DNA of 64,000 bases, from the NCBI GenBank assembly GCA_045863295.1, contig BTWA01000003.1, positions 64,001-128,000 of the forward strand. The letters run 5' to 3'. The DNA is from Candidatus Hydrogenedentota bacterium (GTDB lineage: Bacteria; Hydrogenedentota; Hydrogenedentia; Hydrogenedentales; SLHB01). Below, piece after piece: positions 16,486 through 27,455 of the stretch. Under the pieces are notes generated by a model that was not told the DNA's origin, did not search any database, and was given only the letters and a program-made list of their open reading frames with translations. Made by a program: the position numbers and the translations under genes. Within the stretch, counting starts at the first letter, position 1. The number at the start of each line of letters is the position of its first letter.

Positions 16486-18735
16486 TTGACACAGAGGCAC
16501 GGCGCAAAAGTGGGCTGCAAAACTGTGCTGCAACTAGTACGAACAATCGGGCCCTGGACCGTGGCGGCATTGTGTTGCCTCGGCGGCCCACCGTGCTTTG
16601 CGCAAGACAACACTGAATCAAAGGAGAACGTATTGGTGACTTCCCCCAACGGCACGGATCACGCCCATACAAACCATCTCGTGGGCGAAACGAGCCCATA
16701 CCTGCTGCAGCATGCACACAACCCCGTGGACTGGTACCCTTGGGGGGAAGAGGCATTGAACCGGGCCAAAACGGAAGACAAACCAATCTTTCTCTCCGTC
16801 GGTTACTCGGCATGCCACTGGTGCCACGTCATGGAGGCCGAGTCGTTTGAGAACGAAGCGATCGCAAAGTTGTTGAATGACCATTTCGTCAGCATCAAAG
16901 TGGATCGGGAAGAGCGGCCCGACATTGACGAAATCTACATGACTTCGGTGCAATTGATGACCGGCCAGGGCGGATGGCCAATGACAGTGTTTATGACGCC
17001 CGACCGCAAGCCTTTCTTCGGAGGGACATACTTCCCGCCCGTCGACCGCTACGGACGGGCAGGATTTGGTACTCTGCTGAACAGCATTATCGAACTGTGG
17101 AAAAACGACCGCCAGCGGGCACTGCAGGGCGCGGAACAAATTACAGAGGCGATCCAACAGGCCATGGCGCCAAGACCCGCTGGCGAACACGAGCTGTCCA
17201 TGGAATTATTCGATCGCGCAACCCGCGAACTGCGCGGTACGTACGACCCCAACTACGGTGGATTCGGCGGCGCCCCCAAGTTCCCAAACGGCCCCGCCAT
17301 GCATCTCTTGCTGCGCGAATGCGCAAGAACAGGCGACAAAGACCTGTTGGACATGGTAAACCATACGCTGACGCGCATGTACTACGGCGGCATGTGGGAC
17401 CATCTCGGAGGCGGTTTTTGCAGATACTCGGTGGATGAACGATGGCTGGTGCCGCACTTCGAGAAAATGCTCTACGACAATGCCCAATTGGTGCAGGTAT
17501 ATCTGGAAGCATACCAGGTAACCGACAACCCACTCTTCAGAAAAGTGGCCGAAGATATCTTCTCGTACCAATTACGGGACATGACTGACCCCGAGGGCGC
17601 GTTCTATAGCACTGAAGACGCCCAGAGCGAAGGCGAGGAAGGAAAGTTTTACCTCTGGACTCAGGATGAAATATTGTCCGTCTTGGGCGACGAAGACGGA
17701 TACATCTTCTGTCAATACTTCAACATCAGGCCCAACGGGAATTTTTCGTCGCATGAACCGTATCACAAGGGCAAGAACGTTATACATCTCAACCGAACTC
17801 ACGAAGCCATCGCTGAATCTCTGGCCTTGGATCCCGCAATACTGGCAAGTAAGATCGCCGCACTAAAAGCCACTCTTCTGAAGGAAAGAGACAAGCGAGT
17901 CCGCCCTGGACGAGACGATAAAGTCATAGCCGCATGGAACGGATTGATGATATCCGGGTTTGCCAAGGGGTACCAGGTGCTCGGCGATCGCAACTACCTC
18001 GCCGCCGCGGAAGCCGCGGCACGATACGTTCTCAAGCACATGATGACCGACGGGAAACTGATGCGAAGCCGTCGCGACGGCAAAAACAACGGGTTGGGTT
18101 ATCTCGACGATTACGCCAATATGGGCTTGGGATTCCTAGACCTGTACGAAGCAACGTTTGATCCCGAGTGGTTTAGACACGCAAAGGAATTCGCCGACAC
18201 GCTCATCGCCCGGTATTGGGACGAACAGGCCGGCGGGTTCTACCTTATCTCCGACGACCACGAGCAACTGATCGTCCGCACGAAACCGGCCTATGACGGC
18301 TCCGAGCCCTCGGGCAACGCAATGACGGCCGCGCTGTTGTTCCGGTTGGGAAAAATGTCTGGCGACGAAAACTACCTGCAAAAAGCGCGCAAAGTGCTCC
18401 AGGTAAACGCCGCCAATATGCGTGACATACCAAGAGGCCATTTGCGAATGATTCTGGAAGCAGGCTTTGCCTTGTTGAGTACGCACGAAATTGCAATCAT
18501 AGGAAACGGCTCCGAACTGGCGGATGCCGCTCGAAAGTCGTTTCTGCCCTATCGAGTCATCGCGCAAATGGAGCCTTCAAGCAACGATGCGGAAGTGATC
18601 CGTTCACTGATTCCTTTATTGCGCGACAAGGATTCCGTAGACGGTCAAGATACCGTGTATATCTGCAAAGACTTTGCCTGTCGTAAGCCCGTGACGTCGG
18701 TGGCAGCCATGTTGCAGGAACTCGGCGTTCAATAA
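16486..18735 (+). CDS. Thioredoxin-domain protein of the YyaL/DUF255 (SPATA20) family; start uncertain
   Basis: [40 protein letters not shown] and [11 protein letters not shown] motifs. Confidence 0.9.
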   Translation: MTQRHGAKVGCKTVLQLVRTIGPWTVAALCCLGGPPCFAQDNTESKENVLVTSPNGTDHAHTNHLVGETSPYLLQHAHNPVDWYPWGEEALNRAKTEDKPIFLSVGYSACHWCHVMEAESFENEAIAKLLNDHFVSIKVDREERPDIDEIYMTSVQLMTGQGGWPMTVFMTPDRKPFFGGTYFPPVDRYGRAGFGTLLNSIIELWKNDRQRALQGAEQITEAIQQAMAPRPAGEHELSMELFDRATRELRGTYDPNYGGFGGAPKFPNGPAMHLLLRECARTGDKDLLDMVNHTLTRMYYGGMWDHLGGGFCRYSVDERWLVPHFEKMLYDNAQLVQVYLEAYQVTDNPLFRKVAEDIFSYQLRDMTDPEGAFYSTEDAQSEGEEGKFYLWTQDEILSVLGDEDGYIFCQYFNIRPNGNFSSHEPYHKGKNVIHLNRTHEAIAESLALDPAILASKIAALKATLLKERDKRVRPGRDDKVIAAWNGLMISGFAKGYQVLGDRNYLAAAEAAARYVLKHMMTDGKLMRSRRDGKNNGLGYLDDYANMGLGFLDLYEATFDPEWFRHAKEFADTLIARYWDEQAGGFYLISDDHEQLIVRTKPAYDGSEPSGNAMTAALLFRLGKMSGDENYLQKARKVLQVNAANMRDIPRGHLRMILEAGFALLSTHEIAIIGNGSELADAARKSFLPYRVIAQMEPSSNDAEVIRSLIPLLRDKDSVDGQDTVYICKDFACRKPVTSVAAMLQELGVQ

Positions 18736-18747
18736 GGATTAGCACCC

Positions 18748-21045
18748 ATGAACTTCATCAAACTGGCAGCGACTGCTGTCCTGACGGCCGCTATCGCCAC
18801 CGGATCCGCCCTGGCCCAGCCCGGCGGCCCGACCGTCGCGGTCTCCATTTTGCCGGAACATGAATCAGTCGCACCCAACAGCGAACAACGATTGGCCGTT
18901 CAGGTCAAGCTGGACGATGGCTGGCATGTAAACGCACACAAACCGCTGGAAGATTTCTTGATTCCAACAAACCTCGCGCTCGAAGCGCCGGAAGGTGTCG
19001 AAGTGCTCTCCATCGCTTATCCGGAAGCGAAGCTGCAAAAATTCGGGTTTTCGAATGAACCCATGGCAGTGTATGAATCTTCCTTCACAATAGGCGTGAA
19101 AGTCCGCGTGAACAACGACGCGTCCGCCGGCGACATCGCCATTCCGGCCACCCTCAGCTACCAGGCATGCAATGATTCAAGCTGCTGGGCTCCGCAGAAG
19201 CAGACTCTTTCGTTGTCTCTCAAGGTCGCGGATTCGACAAGTCCGCCGATACATGCCGACGTCTTTACCGCCATCGCATGGGATCTCCCGGCCGACGCAG
19301 GATCCTCCGGCCAGGACGATCCGCCAATTACGGCAAAACAATCGGGCAGAGGCGGACCCGAAATGGCATTTGAAATCTATCGCGAGACCACGGACGTACC
19401 CGTGGGGGGTGAACTTCGGCTCGCCCTGCTGATGCGCGTGCCGGAAAACTTCCATGTAAACAGCAACAAGCCTCTCGACGAACTGCTGATTCCCACTGAA
19501 TTGACATTTGAAACACCGGAACACGTGACCGTGGCGGAAACCGCATATCCGGAAGCCCAGACGATTCCCTTTGGCGAATCAGACTCCATGTCCGTGTATG
19601 AAGGCGATGTCTGGATCGGCGCGCGTTTCGAAATCGGACCAGAGGCGGCAACCGGCGATAAAACAATCAAGGCGACACTCCGCTACCAAGCCTGCGACGA
19701 TAAACAGTGTTTCGCACCCGCTTCGGTAACGATGGACATTCCCGTCTCGCTCATAGACGGCAAAGCCCCTGCCCCGCAACATTCGGCCGTTTTCGATCGA
19801 ATCGCATTCACGGGCAAAGCGCAGACGATGCCAACCGCAACCAACCCTCAATCACCCGGCACAACTACGGTCGAGAGCGACGCATGGAAAGACCTGCTGC
19901 CCCAATTCAACGTCGCGGGGCAAGCCGGCGGTCTGTTGAACAAAGACCAATTTCTTGCATGGCTCGACAATGTCGAAACCGGCGCGACCGAATCGGAACC
20001 GGCCGGCATTGTTTCCACTATAGGCAAAGTCTTCAGCGGCGGCTTCTCGTTCAAAGGAATGGGGCTGCCACTGGTCATTCTCCTGACCTTGGTGGGCGGT
20101 GTCGCCTTGAACCTCACGCCTTGTGTACTGCCCGTAATCCCCATCAATCTCGCCATCATTGGTGCGGGCGCGCAGGCGGGCTGCCGCTCGCGCGGCTTCG
20201 CGTTGGGCGGCGTCTACGGCTTGGGCATCGCACTCATCTACGGTGTACTGGGACTGGTCGCCGTATTCGGTCTCGGCAGTTTCGGAAGCATAAACGCCTC
20301 GCCATGGTTCAACATCGGCATCGCGCTCCTCTTCGTGGTCTTGGCACTCGCGATGTTCGACATACTGCTGATCGATTTCTCGAAGTATCAAACCAAACTC
20401 GGAATCAAGAAAGACAAAGGCTCGTTCTTGTTCGCTTTCATTATGGGCTCGATTAGCGCTCTGCTGGCAGGCGCATGCGTCGCTCCGGTCGTAATCGCCG
20501 TCGTGTTGTACGCACAGGACCTGTACGCTGGAGGAAACGCTGTTGGGTTGGCATTGCCTTTCCTGCTGGGCGTGGGCATGGCGCTGCCGTGGCCCATCGC
20601 CGGCGCGGGGCTTTCCTTCCTCCCGAAACCCGGCATGTGGATGGTGCGCGTTAAACAGGCCTTCGGCATTTTCATTCTCGCTTTCGCCGCCTACTACGGC
20701 TATCAGGGATACCAATTGCTCGATCAACGCTACTTCGTCGATCGCGACGCCGTCGTCGCCAGTACGCAGGAAGGGGGATGGGAACATTCCCTTTACGCCG
20801 GTCTGGCGCGTGCCAAAGCAGAGAACAAGCCGGTCTTCATTGACTTTTGGGCTACGTGGTGCAAAAACTGCCTCGTGATGAATACTACTACGTTTAGAGA
20901 CCCCGAAGTCCTCGCAAGACTCGACAACTACGTAAAGATCAAATACCAGGCCGAACTCCCGGAAGACAGCCCCTACAAAGACGTGCTCGCGAATTTCGAC
21001 GAATACGTTGGACTGCCCCTTTATGCCGTGCTAGAGGCGAAATAG
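18748..21045 (+). CDS. dsbD: DsbD-like thiol:disulfide interchange protein with two N-terminal Ig-like domains
   Basis: Signal peptide; two alpha-domain repeats (YQACNDSSC and YQACDDKQC); TM core NLTPCVLP...GACVAP; thioredoxin domain DFWATWCKNC. Confidence 0.85.
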   Translation: MNFIKLAATAVLTAAIATGSALAQPGGPTVAVSILPEHESVAPNSEQRLAVQVKLDDGWHVNAHKPLEDFLIPTNLALEAPEGVEVLSIAYPEAKLQKFGFSNEPMAVYESSFTIGVKVRVNNDASAGDIAIPATLSYQACNDSSCWAPQKQTLSLSLKVADSTSPPIHADVFTAIAWDLPADAGSSGQDDPPITAKQSGRGGPEMAFEIYRETTDVPVGGELRLALLMRVPENFHVNSNKPLDELLIPTELTFETPEHVTVAETAYPEAQTIPFGESDSMSVYEGDVWIGARFEIGPEAATGDKTIKATLRYQACDDKQCFAPASVTMDIPVSLIDGKAPAPQHSAVFDRIAFTGKAQTMPTATNPQSPGTTTVESDAWKDLLPQFNVAGQAGGLLNKDQFLAWLDNVETGATESEPAGIVSTIGKVFSGGFSFKGMGLPLVILLTLVGGVALNLTPCVLPVIPINLAIIGAGAQAGCRSRGFALGGVYGLGIALIYGVLGLVAVFGLGSFGSINASPWFNIGIALLFVVLALAMFDILLIDFSKYQTKLGIKKDKGSFLFAFIMGSISALLAGACVAPVVIAVVLYAQDLYAGGNAVGLALPFLLGVGMALPWPIAGAGLSFLPKPGMWMVRVKQAFGIFILAFAAYYGYQGYQLLDQRYFVDRDAVVASTQEGGWEHSLYAGLARAKAENKPVFIDFWATWCKNCLVMNTTTFRDPEVLARLDNYVKIKYQAELPEDSPYKDVLANFDEYVGLPLYAVLEAK

Positions 21046-21051
21046 CGGATC

Positions 21052-22422
21052 ATGTCGATGAACCGCCGACATTTCATGCGATCCGCCGCCGCAAGTCTCA
21101 TGGCGGGCGGCCTTCCGCTGCAGGCCCCGGCACAACCGGATTCGAAGCCGCCGAACATTCTGTTCATCATGGCCGACGATCTGGGTATCGGGGATTTGGG
21201 ATGCTACGGACAACTCAAAATCCAAACACCGCACATGGATGCGTTGTCCGCTCAAGGGACGCGGTTCACAAACGTCTACGCGGGCCACGCAGTCTGTGCG
21301 CCAAGCCGATGTGTACTCATGACCGGCCTGCATACCGGCCATTGCCGCGTCCGTGGAAATTCGGGCAAATTCGCTCCAAAACACGATGGCGAGGCCGGAC
21401 GCATTCCGCTCGCCGCTGACGACTTTACGGTAGGGCAGTTGCTCCAAAGCGCCGGGTACGCAACCGGTATGGCGGGAAAATGGGGATTGGGCGAGCCCGG
21501 CTCAACCGGCCTTCCAAACGACCACGGATTTGACGAGTGGTTTGGCTATCTCAACCAGAATCATGCCCCAGACTATTTCACGGACTACTTGTGGCGTAAT
21601 AAGGACAAACAGTGGATAGCCGGGAACCAAAATAGGCAACGCCAAATCTATTCCTGCGACTTGTTTACAGACTTCGCCGAGAAATTCATACGCGAAAACA
21701 AGGACCGGCCCTTCTTCCTATACTTGCCGTACACCATCCCGCACGCGGAACTCGAAGTCCCCGATCTCGGCCCCTACAAAGACAAACCGTGGACCGAACA
21801 GCAAAAGACATTCGCCGCTATGGTCACGCGCCTCGACGACTACGTCGGACGACTTATGGCGCTCTTGGACGAACTCCGGTTGGTGGAAAATACATACGTG
21901 TTCTTCACGTCAGACAATGGCGCTTCCAACACCGAAATTGACTTCTTTGATCGCACCGGTCCACTTCGAAATCACAAGGGCTCACTTTACGAAGGCGGCA
22001 TTCGCGTTCCCATGATGGTGCGCTGCCCCGGTCCCGTACCCGCCGCCACGGTCAACGATTCGCCCTGGTATTTCGCCGACTTTTTGCCCACCGCAGCCGC
22101 CATCGCGCAAACCGCACCGCCCAAGGGACTGGACGGAATCAATGTGCTTCCAACGTTGAAGGGCGCCGTACAGCCCGAACTTCAGACAAGAGCCATGTAT
22201 TGGGAAACGCACGACGGAGGCGGCCTAGCCCAAGCGGCGCGACAAGGCAACTGGAAAGGCTTCCGGCACAGTCCCGCAAGCCGGATGGAAATCTACAATC
22301 TCGCGGACGATCCCAGTGAATCAAACGACGTGGCAAGCCAACAGAAGGAGCGAGCCTCGCAATTTGCGGAATTCCTGGACGCCTCCCATACGGATTCACC
22401 GCACTGGCCCGTCACTCGATAG
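21052..22422 (+). CDS. Arylsulfatase-family sulfatase, Tat-exported
   Basis: NRRHF twin-arginine signal, PNILFIMADDLG, Cys-type CAPSR..LMTG motif, GKWGLG and SDNG. Confidence 0.9.
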   Translation: MSMNRRHFMRSAAASLMAGGLPLQAPAQPDSKPPNILFIMADDLGIGDLGCYGQLKIQTPHMDALSAQGTRFTNVYAGHAVCAPSRCVLMTGLHTGHCRVRGNSGKFAPKHDGEAGRIPLAADDFTVGQLLQSAGYATGMAGKWGLGEPGSTGLPNDHGFDEWFGYLNQNHAPDYFTDYLWRNKDKQWIAGNQNRQRQIYSCDLFTDFAEKFIRENKDRPFFLYLPYTIPHAELEVPDLGPYKDKPWTEQQKTFAAMVTRLDDYVGRLMALLDELRLVENTYVFFTSDNGASNTEIDFFDRTGPLRNHKGSLYEGGIRVPMMVRCPGPVPAATVNDSPWYFADFLPTAAAIAQTAPPKGLDGINVLPTLKGAVQPELQTRAMYWETHDGGGLAQAARQGNWKGFRHSPASRMEIYNLADDPSESNDVASQQKERASQFAEFLDASHTDSPHWPVTR

Positions 22423-22543
22423 CACGGCCAAACAACCCTCGAATGACTAAAAGCAATCTAACCTTGCATACCGGCGCCGGATGAAGTACGGTACAACCCT
22501 TGGGTAGGGCCAAACGTTTCGGTGTCCCACTGGAGGCACTCCG

Positions 22544-25500
22544 GTGCGTAATCGCTGCAATCTCATCTGGATAGGGCTGTGCTTGACCGTGGCTCCCGCG
22601 TGGGCCGCATTCGTGAATTTCGAAACGCCACACGTCCATCCCATCGACATCAGCCCCGACGGCGCAACCGTCGCAGTGACAAACACTCCCGCCGGTCTGC
22701 TATATCTCTACGATGTGACGAGCGGTACTCCGGTATGGCGTGGCACGGTTCAGGTAGGGTTGGACCCGGTAACAGTCCGGTTTCGCACCAATACGGAAGC
22801 CTGGGTCGTGAACCACATTTCCGACTCTGTCTCGATAGTAAACACCGTATCCCAACGAGTCGTCGACACCATTTCAACATTGGATGAACCGTGCGACGTG
22901 GTCTTTGCGGGATCGCCCGTACTTGCGTTCGTTTCCTGTTCGCAGGCAAACGCAATTCAACGATTCAATCCTGCCGATAGGTCGGCACTCCCTGTCACTA
23001 TTCCCATCCTGGGAGAAGACCCACGCTCATTGGCGGTCAGTCCCGATGGCATGACGATTTACGCGGCCATCTTCGAATCGGGAAACGGCTCGACGATCAT
23101 CGCAGGCGGCGCAGACGGCACGATCGCCTTCTTTCCACCAATGGACGCGCTCAACGATGCCGCCAATCCATACGCCGGCGTGAATCCACCACCCAATGAC
23201 CCCAACGACACCAACAGCGACTCCAATTTGTTCATACCGCCCAAGGCCGCCAACGGCACGCCGCCACGCGTGGGCCTAATCGTGAAAAAAGATGCTGCAG
23301 GCGTATGGCGTGACGACAACGGCGCCAATTGGACTCCGTGGATCACGGGTGCCAAAGCCGCCATGTCCGGCCGCTACACCGGATGGGATGTCATCGATCA
23401 CGATGTCGCCGTACTCGCCAACCTGAACGCGGCAACGCCAACGGTAAACTACGCCGACAGACTTATGAATATCTGCATGTCCGTGGCCGTCAACCCCGCT
23501 ACGGGAAACATCACGGTCATTGGCACCGACGGCACGAATGAGATCCGTTTCGAACCTGTCATTAGCGGCACATTCTTGCGCGTGAACCTCGGAATAGTCG
23601 ATGCTTCAAACTTGGCCAGCGCTACCATCGTCGATCTCAATGCCGAACACCTTGCCCTCGCGCAACCAGGCGGCGTCGACCCCTACGAAACACACTCCGT
23701 ATCGCAAGCCAATCGGAATAAATCCATCGGCGATCCGCGCGGAATCGTATGGAATGCCGCGGGCACCCGCGCTTACATTACGGGCATGGGCTCCAACAAC
23801 CTAGTAGTGGTCGATGCGACAGGCAATCGCGTTACTACCGGATCCACGACTGAATTGCGGGAAGGACCCACGGGGGCAGTTCTCAGCGCCGATGAATCCC
23901 GTCTGTTTGTGGTCAACCGTTTTCACGCCTCCATTTCCGTCGTGGATACCGCCACGCTTGCGGAAATCGCAAATGTTCCATATTTCGACCCCACGCCAAC
24001 TGCGATAAGAACCGGACGAAAACACCTCTACGACACCCACAAGAACTCCGGACTCGGCCATATCGCCTGCGCCTCCTGCCATGTGGATGCCCGCATGGAT
24101 CGCCTCGCGTGGGATCTCGGAGATCCCGCCGGAAGCGTGAAGTTGCTGTCCGCCGCAGGCAATCCCCCGAAACACAACCTCGGCGCGGGCATTCCAGGCC
24201 TGTTGCACGGCGGCACTTCACCCGCATTTGAAAACTTCCACCCCATGAAAGGGCCAATGACCACGCAAACGCTGCAGGACATCATCGGAAAGGAACCGTT
24301 TCACTGGCGCGGCGATCGCGACGGGTTGGAAGAGTTCAATCCCGCTTTTGTCGGTTTACAGGGCGACGACGCCATGCTGACCCCGCAGGAAATGCAGGAG
24401 TTCGAAGATTTCCTCGCAACAACGCATTTCCCGCCCAATCCATTTCGCAATCTCGACAATTCACTACCAACCGATCTCCCCTTGCCGGGGCAATTCGCTA
24501 ACGGCCGTTTCGCCTTACCCAACGGCGCGCCACTCCCCAACGGCAACGCCGTCGACGGACTAAGCATTTACCGGGACCAGTCAGCCCCCTTGGACAGCGG
24601 CAACTTCACCTGTGTGGTATGCCACACCCTCCCGGTGGGAGATGGCACTAACGCTAAGTGGAATGGCACCACCTTTGCCTCCATCCCGCCAGGCCCAATG
24701 GGAGAACGGCATGTCGCGCTCGTCTCCGTCGACGGTTCCACCAATCGAGCCATCAAAATCCCGCAGTTGCGCAACCAGTACGACAAAGCCGGCTTCGAAC
24801 TGACGCCTGGCAATCCAAGCCTGAGCGGCTTCGGCGTGTTGCACGACGGAAGCATTGACAGCATCGCGCGCTTTGTCAGCGAACCGGTATTTCAAGTGAC
24901 ATCCGATCAGGATGTCGCCGATCTCACGGCCCTTGTACTCGCGTTCTCCGGCGGCTTTGACGACGCGTCCCCAAACCCGGGTCCGGCCCCTGAACCGCCC
25001 GGCAATCCCAACAACAATGCGCCCGCGGCCATAGGTAGGCAGGTGACAATCGACAACCCTTCCGACAGCCTCGGAATGGTGACCCAACTCATCCTGCTCG
25101 CCAATACCGGACAGGTCGACCTGATCGCCAAAGGTACGGTCAATGGATTCCCGCGCGGATGGCGCTATATCGGCTCCAACCAATTCTCCCCTGATTCGTC
25201 CACGGGGTCGGTCGCTACGCTAGGAGAATTGGTCGCCTCTACAGGCATAGGTTCCGAAATTACGTTTCAAGCCGTTATGGCCGGTTCCGGCACTACGCTC
25301 GGCATAAACAGAGACGACGACGGTGTGTTGGACTTCGACGAATTCCTCCTTGAGGACAACGATGGCGACGGCGTTGCCAACGGCAGCGAATCCGGCTTGG
25401 ACACCGACAGCGATGGTCTGAAGGATTACCTGGACAAGGACAGCAACAACGACGGCGTCAATGACGGCGTCCCCGTGCCGTCGGGCACCATCAGCGTGCG

Positions 25501-26596
25501 CGTGCACGGTGCAAACGCCACATGGATGCTGAGCGGCACGCCCGACTTTGGTCCCCCGTTCGGACCGCAAACCTACTTCGGCAACAAGGACCTCGCAAAC
25601 ATCACAACGGGAACCTATACAGTTACGTGGAGCACCCTAATTGGCTTCAATTCGCCGCCCAACCAACCTGATGGCCCCAAGACCGTAGCGCAGGGTGGAA
25701 CAACGCTCTTTGAAGGCACCTATACGGCCATCACTCCACCAGATCCGCCGCCAACGCGAAAATCTGCAATCGAGCACGTCGCGTTCGATGTTCGCGAGGA
25801 GATACTGCCGCTGGACCGCGAAGCCGGAGGCCTCGAGGCAATACATCCAATGCAGCCGCTGTACCTGCGATTGACGGCAGATGAAGACATCGATCCCGAT
25901 TCGGTGTCGCTCATTGTGGAAGGCGACGCGGGATATCGCGGCAAGTCCAATTCTTGGTGGCCCGTGGATGAATCCAAAGCAAGCGACGGCTGGGCGGTCT
26001 TCGCACCGGTCACGCCCTACGGCGACGGCGAGGCCTTAGTGATCTCCGCGGGCGCGCGCACCATAAGCGGCGAAATAGTTGCAACCCAAAATTACACCTT
26101 CGCGGTTTCTGCGTCGGCTCCGGCCCCCACGCCGTCGACCGCACTTGTAACCGCGAGTGAAGTGCCTGCAATAGATCTCACTGTTGCATACCAGGTCGGT
26201 TCTGCGTTTCGAACCCTGCCAGAGGCAGCGTTCCTAGTGCCTCTCACAGTTCAACTGCCGGTTCCCGAAGGGGAAGACGCCAGCGCACTTGAAGTCTGGT
26301 ACTACAGTGATTCAGCAAGGCATCCAGGGTGGTATCCCGTGAGTGCCATCGCCGGCCTTTGCCTCGGACATTCTTCAACGGTCATAGTCCAAGATAGGGA
26401 GTACATCCAGATCAATATCAACCATTCGGCCACGCTCGCGCTCGCAGTGCCCGCCGAAGTGCCGCTCGCCAGTTTTGGCCGCATGGACGTGGCTGCACGC
26501 GGCTCCGCGGTAAAGTGGATTTGGGTGGGCCTGCTGATCACCGCGTTGGTAATGGCCGCCAGCCAGCTGAAACACCGAATCAAACATGGATCCTGA
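22544..26596 (+). CDS. Large secreted YncE/YVTN beta-propeller plus di-haem cytochrome c peroxidase-like protein with C-terminal anchor
   Basis: Signal peptide, propeller repeats, CASCH and CVVCH heme motifs, FHWRGDR, KIPQLRN, LHDGS, DxDxDG Ca-binding repeats and terminal TM with basic tail. Confidence 0.75.
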   Translation: MRNRCNLIWIGLCLTVAPAWAAFVNFETPHVHPIDISPDGATVAVTNTPAGLLYLYDVTSGTPVWRGTVQVGLDPVTVRFRTNTEAWVVNHISDSVSIVNTVSQRVVDTISTLDEPCDVVFAGSPVLAFVSCSQANAIQRFNPADRSALPVTIPILGEDPRSLAVSPDGMTIYAAIFESGNGSTIIAGGADGTIAFFPPMDALNDAANPYAGVNPPPNDPNDTNSDSNLFIPPKAANGTPPRVGLIVKKDAAGVWRDDNGANWTPWITGAKAAMSGRYTGWDVIDHDVAVLANLNAATPTVNYADRLMNICMSVAVNPATGNITVIGTDGTNEIRFEPVISGTFLRVNLGIVDASNLASATIVDLNAEHLALAQPGGVDPYETHSVSQANRNKSIGDPRGIVWNAAGTRAYITGMGSNNLVVVDATGNRVTTGSTTELREGPTGAVLSADESRLFVVNRFHASISVVDTATLAEIANVPYFDPTPTAIRTGRKHLYDTHKNSGLGHIACASCHVDARMDRLAWDLGDPAGSVKLLSAAGNPPKHNLGAGIPGLLHGGTSPAFENFHPMKGPMTTQTLQDIIGKEPFHWRGDRDGLEEFNPAFVGLQGDDAMLTPQEMQEFEDFLATTHFPPNPFRNLDNSLPTDLPLPGQFANGRFALPNGAPLPNGNAVDGLSIYRDQSAPLDSGNFTCVVCHTLPVGDGTNAKWNGTTFASIPPGPMGERHVALVSVDGSTNRAIKIPQLRNQYDKAGFELTPGNPSLSGFGVLHDGSIDSIARFVSEPVFQVTSDQDVADLTALVLAFSGGFDDASPNPGPAPEPPGNPNNNAPAAIGRQVTIDNPSDSLGMVTQLILLANTGQVDLIAKGTVNGFPRGWRYIGSNQFSPDSSTGSVATLGELVASTGIGSEITFQAVMAGSGTTLGINRDDDGVLDFDEFLLEDNDGDGVANGSESGLDTDSDGLKDYLDKDSNNDGVNDGVPVPSGTISVRVHGANATWMLSGTPDFGPPFGPQTYFGNKDLANITTGTYTVTWSTLIGFNSPPNQPDGPKTVAQGGTTLFEGTYTAITPPDPPPTRKSAIEHVAFDVREEILPLDREAGGLEAIHPMQPLYLRLTADEDIDPDSVSLIVEGDAGYRGKSNSWWPVDESKASDGWAVFAPVTPYGDGEALVISAGARTISGEIVATQNYTFAVSASAPAPTPSTALVTASEVPAIDLTVAYQVGSAFRTLPEAAFLVPLTVQLPVPEGEDASALEVWYYSDSARHPGWYPVSAIAGLCLGHSSTVIVQDREYIQININHSATLALAVPAEVPLASFGRMDVAARGSAVKWIWVGLLITALVMAASQLKHRIKHGS

Positions 26597-26679
26597 CCAC
26601 GATCCCCGGGTCTGCACCGTAATACCCGGCGGCAAACAATTTGCGCAGCTAGCGGGCGCGCTCAGTTGGACACAGCCCG

Positions 26680-27372
26680 TCAAGCTATCGCTACAGCCAT
26701 TTCCACCTGTTCACGGAACGCCATGAGTGAAGCGCCCGGATCCCGGCCCGTAAAGACGCTGGATGTGCCGCAAACAAATATCGATGCGCCCATGCGGGCA
26801 AGCAACGCCGCGTTCTCAAGGTTGATATTGCCATCCACCTCGATTGCCGTGCGCAATTCCCGATACCTGATATTTTCGCTGAGAATGCGAACACGTTCGA
26901 ACGCATTCGGAATAATCGTCTGACCCGCGTAGCCGGGATCGACGGTCATGACCAATACTCGATCCGCGGTATCCAGCAAATAGTCCAACTTGGTTAATGG
27001 CGTTCCAGGGTTGATGGCAATACCGGGAGAAGCGCCTGCCTTTCGGATGTGCGACAGCGTGCGGTTCGCGTGAACACTCGTCTCCACATGAACGGTGATC
27101 GAATCGCATCCAGCCTCGACAAACCGCTCGATGTACGGTTCAGGCCGCACAATCATCAAATGCGCGTTGCAGGGTAGGCCGCACACGCGCTTCGCTGCCT
27201 TGATGACATCGAATCCTAGCGTGAGGTTGGGCACAAACACGCCATCCATAATGTCGAAATGCAATTCGTCGCAACCGGCCTTCTCAAGCGCCTTCAAATC
27301 GTCTTCCAACCGCGCAAGATTAGCGCACATAACGGAAGCCGAGTACTTTAATCGGGAATTCGTCAAGCTCAT
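26680..27372 (-). CDS. rpe: Ribulose-phosphate 3-epimerase family (Rpe/AlsE-like)
   Basis: HFDIMDG.FVPNL, HLM, MTVDPGYAGQ and IEVDG motifs; SASVMC and GTSS are AlsE-like variants. Confidence 0.85.
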   Translation of the reverse strand: MSLTNSRLKYSASVMCANLARLEDDLKALEKAGCDELHFDIMDGVFVPNLTLGFDVIKAAKRVCGLPCNAHLMIVRPEPYIERFVEAGCDSITVHVETSVHANRTLSHIRKAGASPGIAINPGTPLTKLDYLLDTADRVLVMTVDPGYAGQTIIPNAFERVRILSENIRYRELRTAIEVDGNINLENAALLARMGASIFVCGTSSVFTGRDPGASLMAFREQVEMAVAIA

Positions 27373-27455
27373 GGCAACTCCACTATCATATTAAAAGTCA
27401 TTGCAACCTGGATTGAGCGAAAGCAATTTCGCCTGCGCGCACGTCGCTCCGCGGC

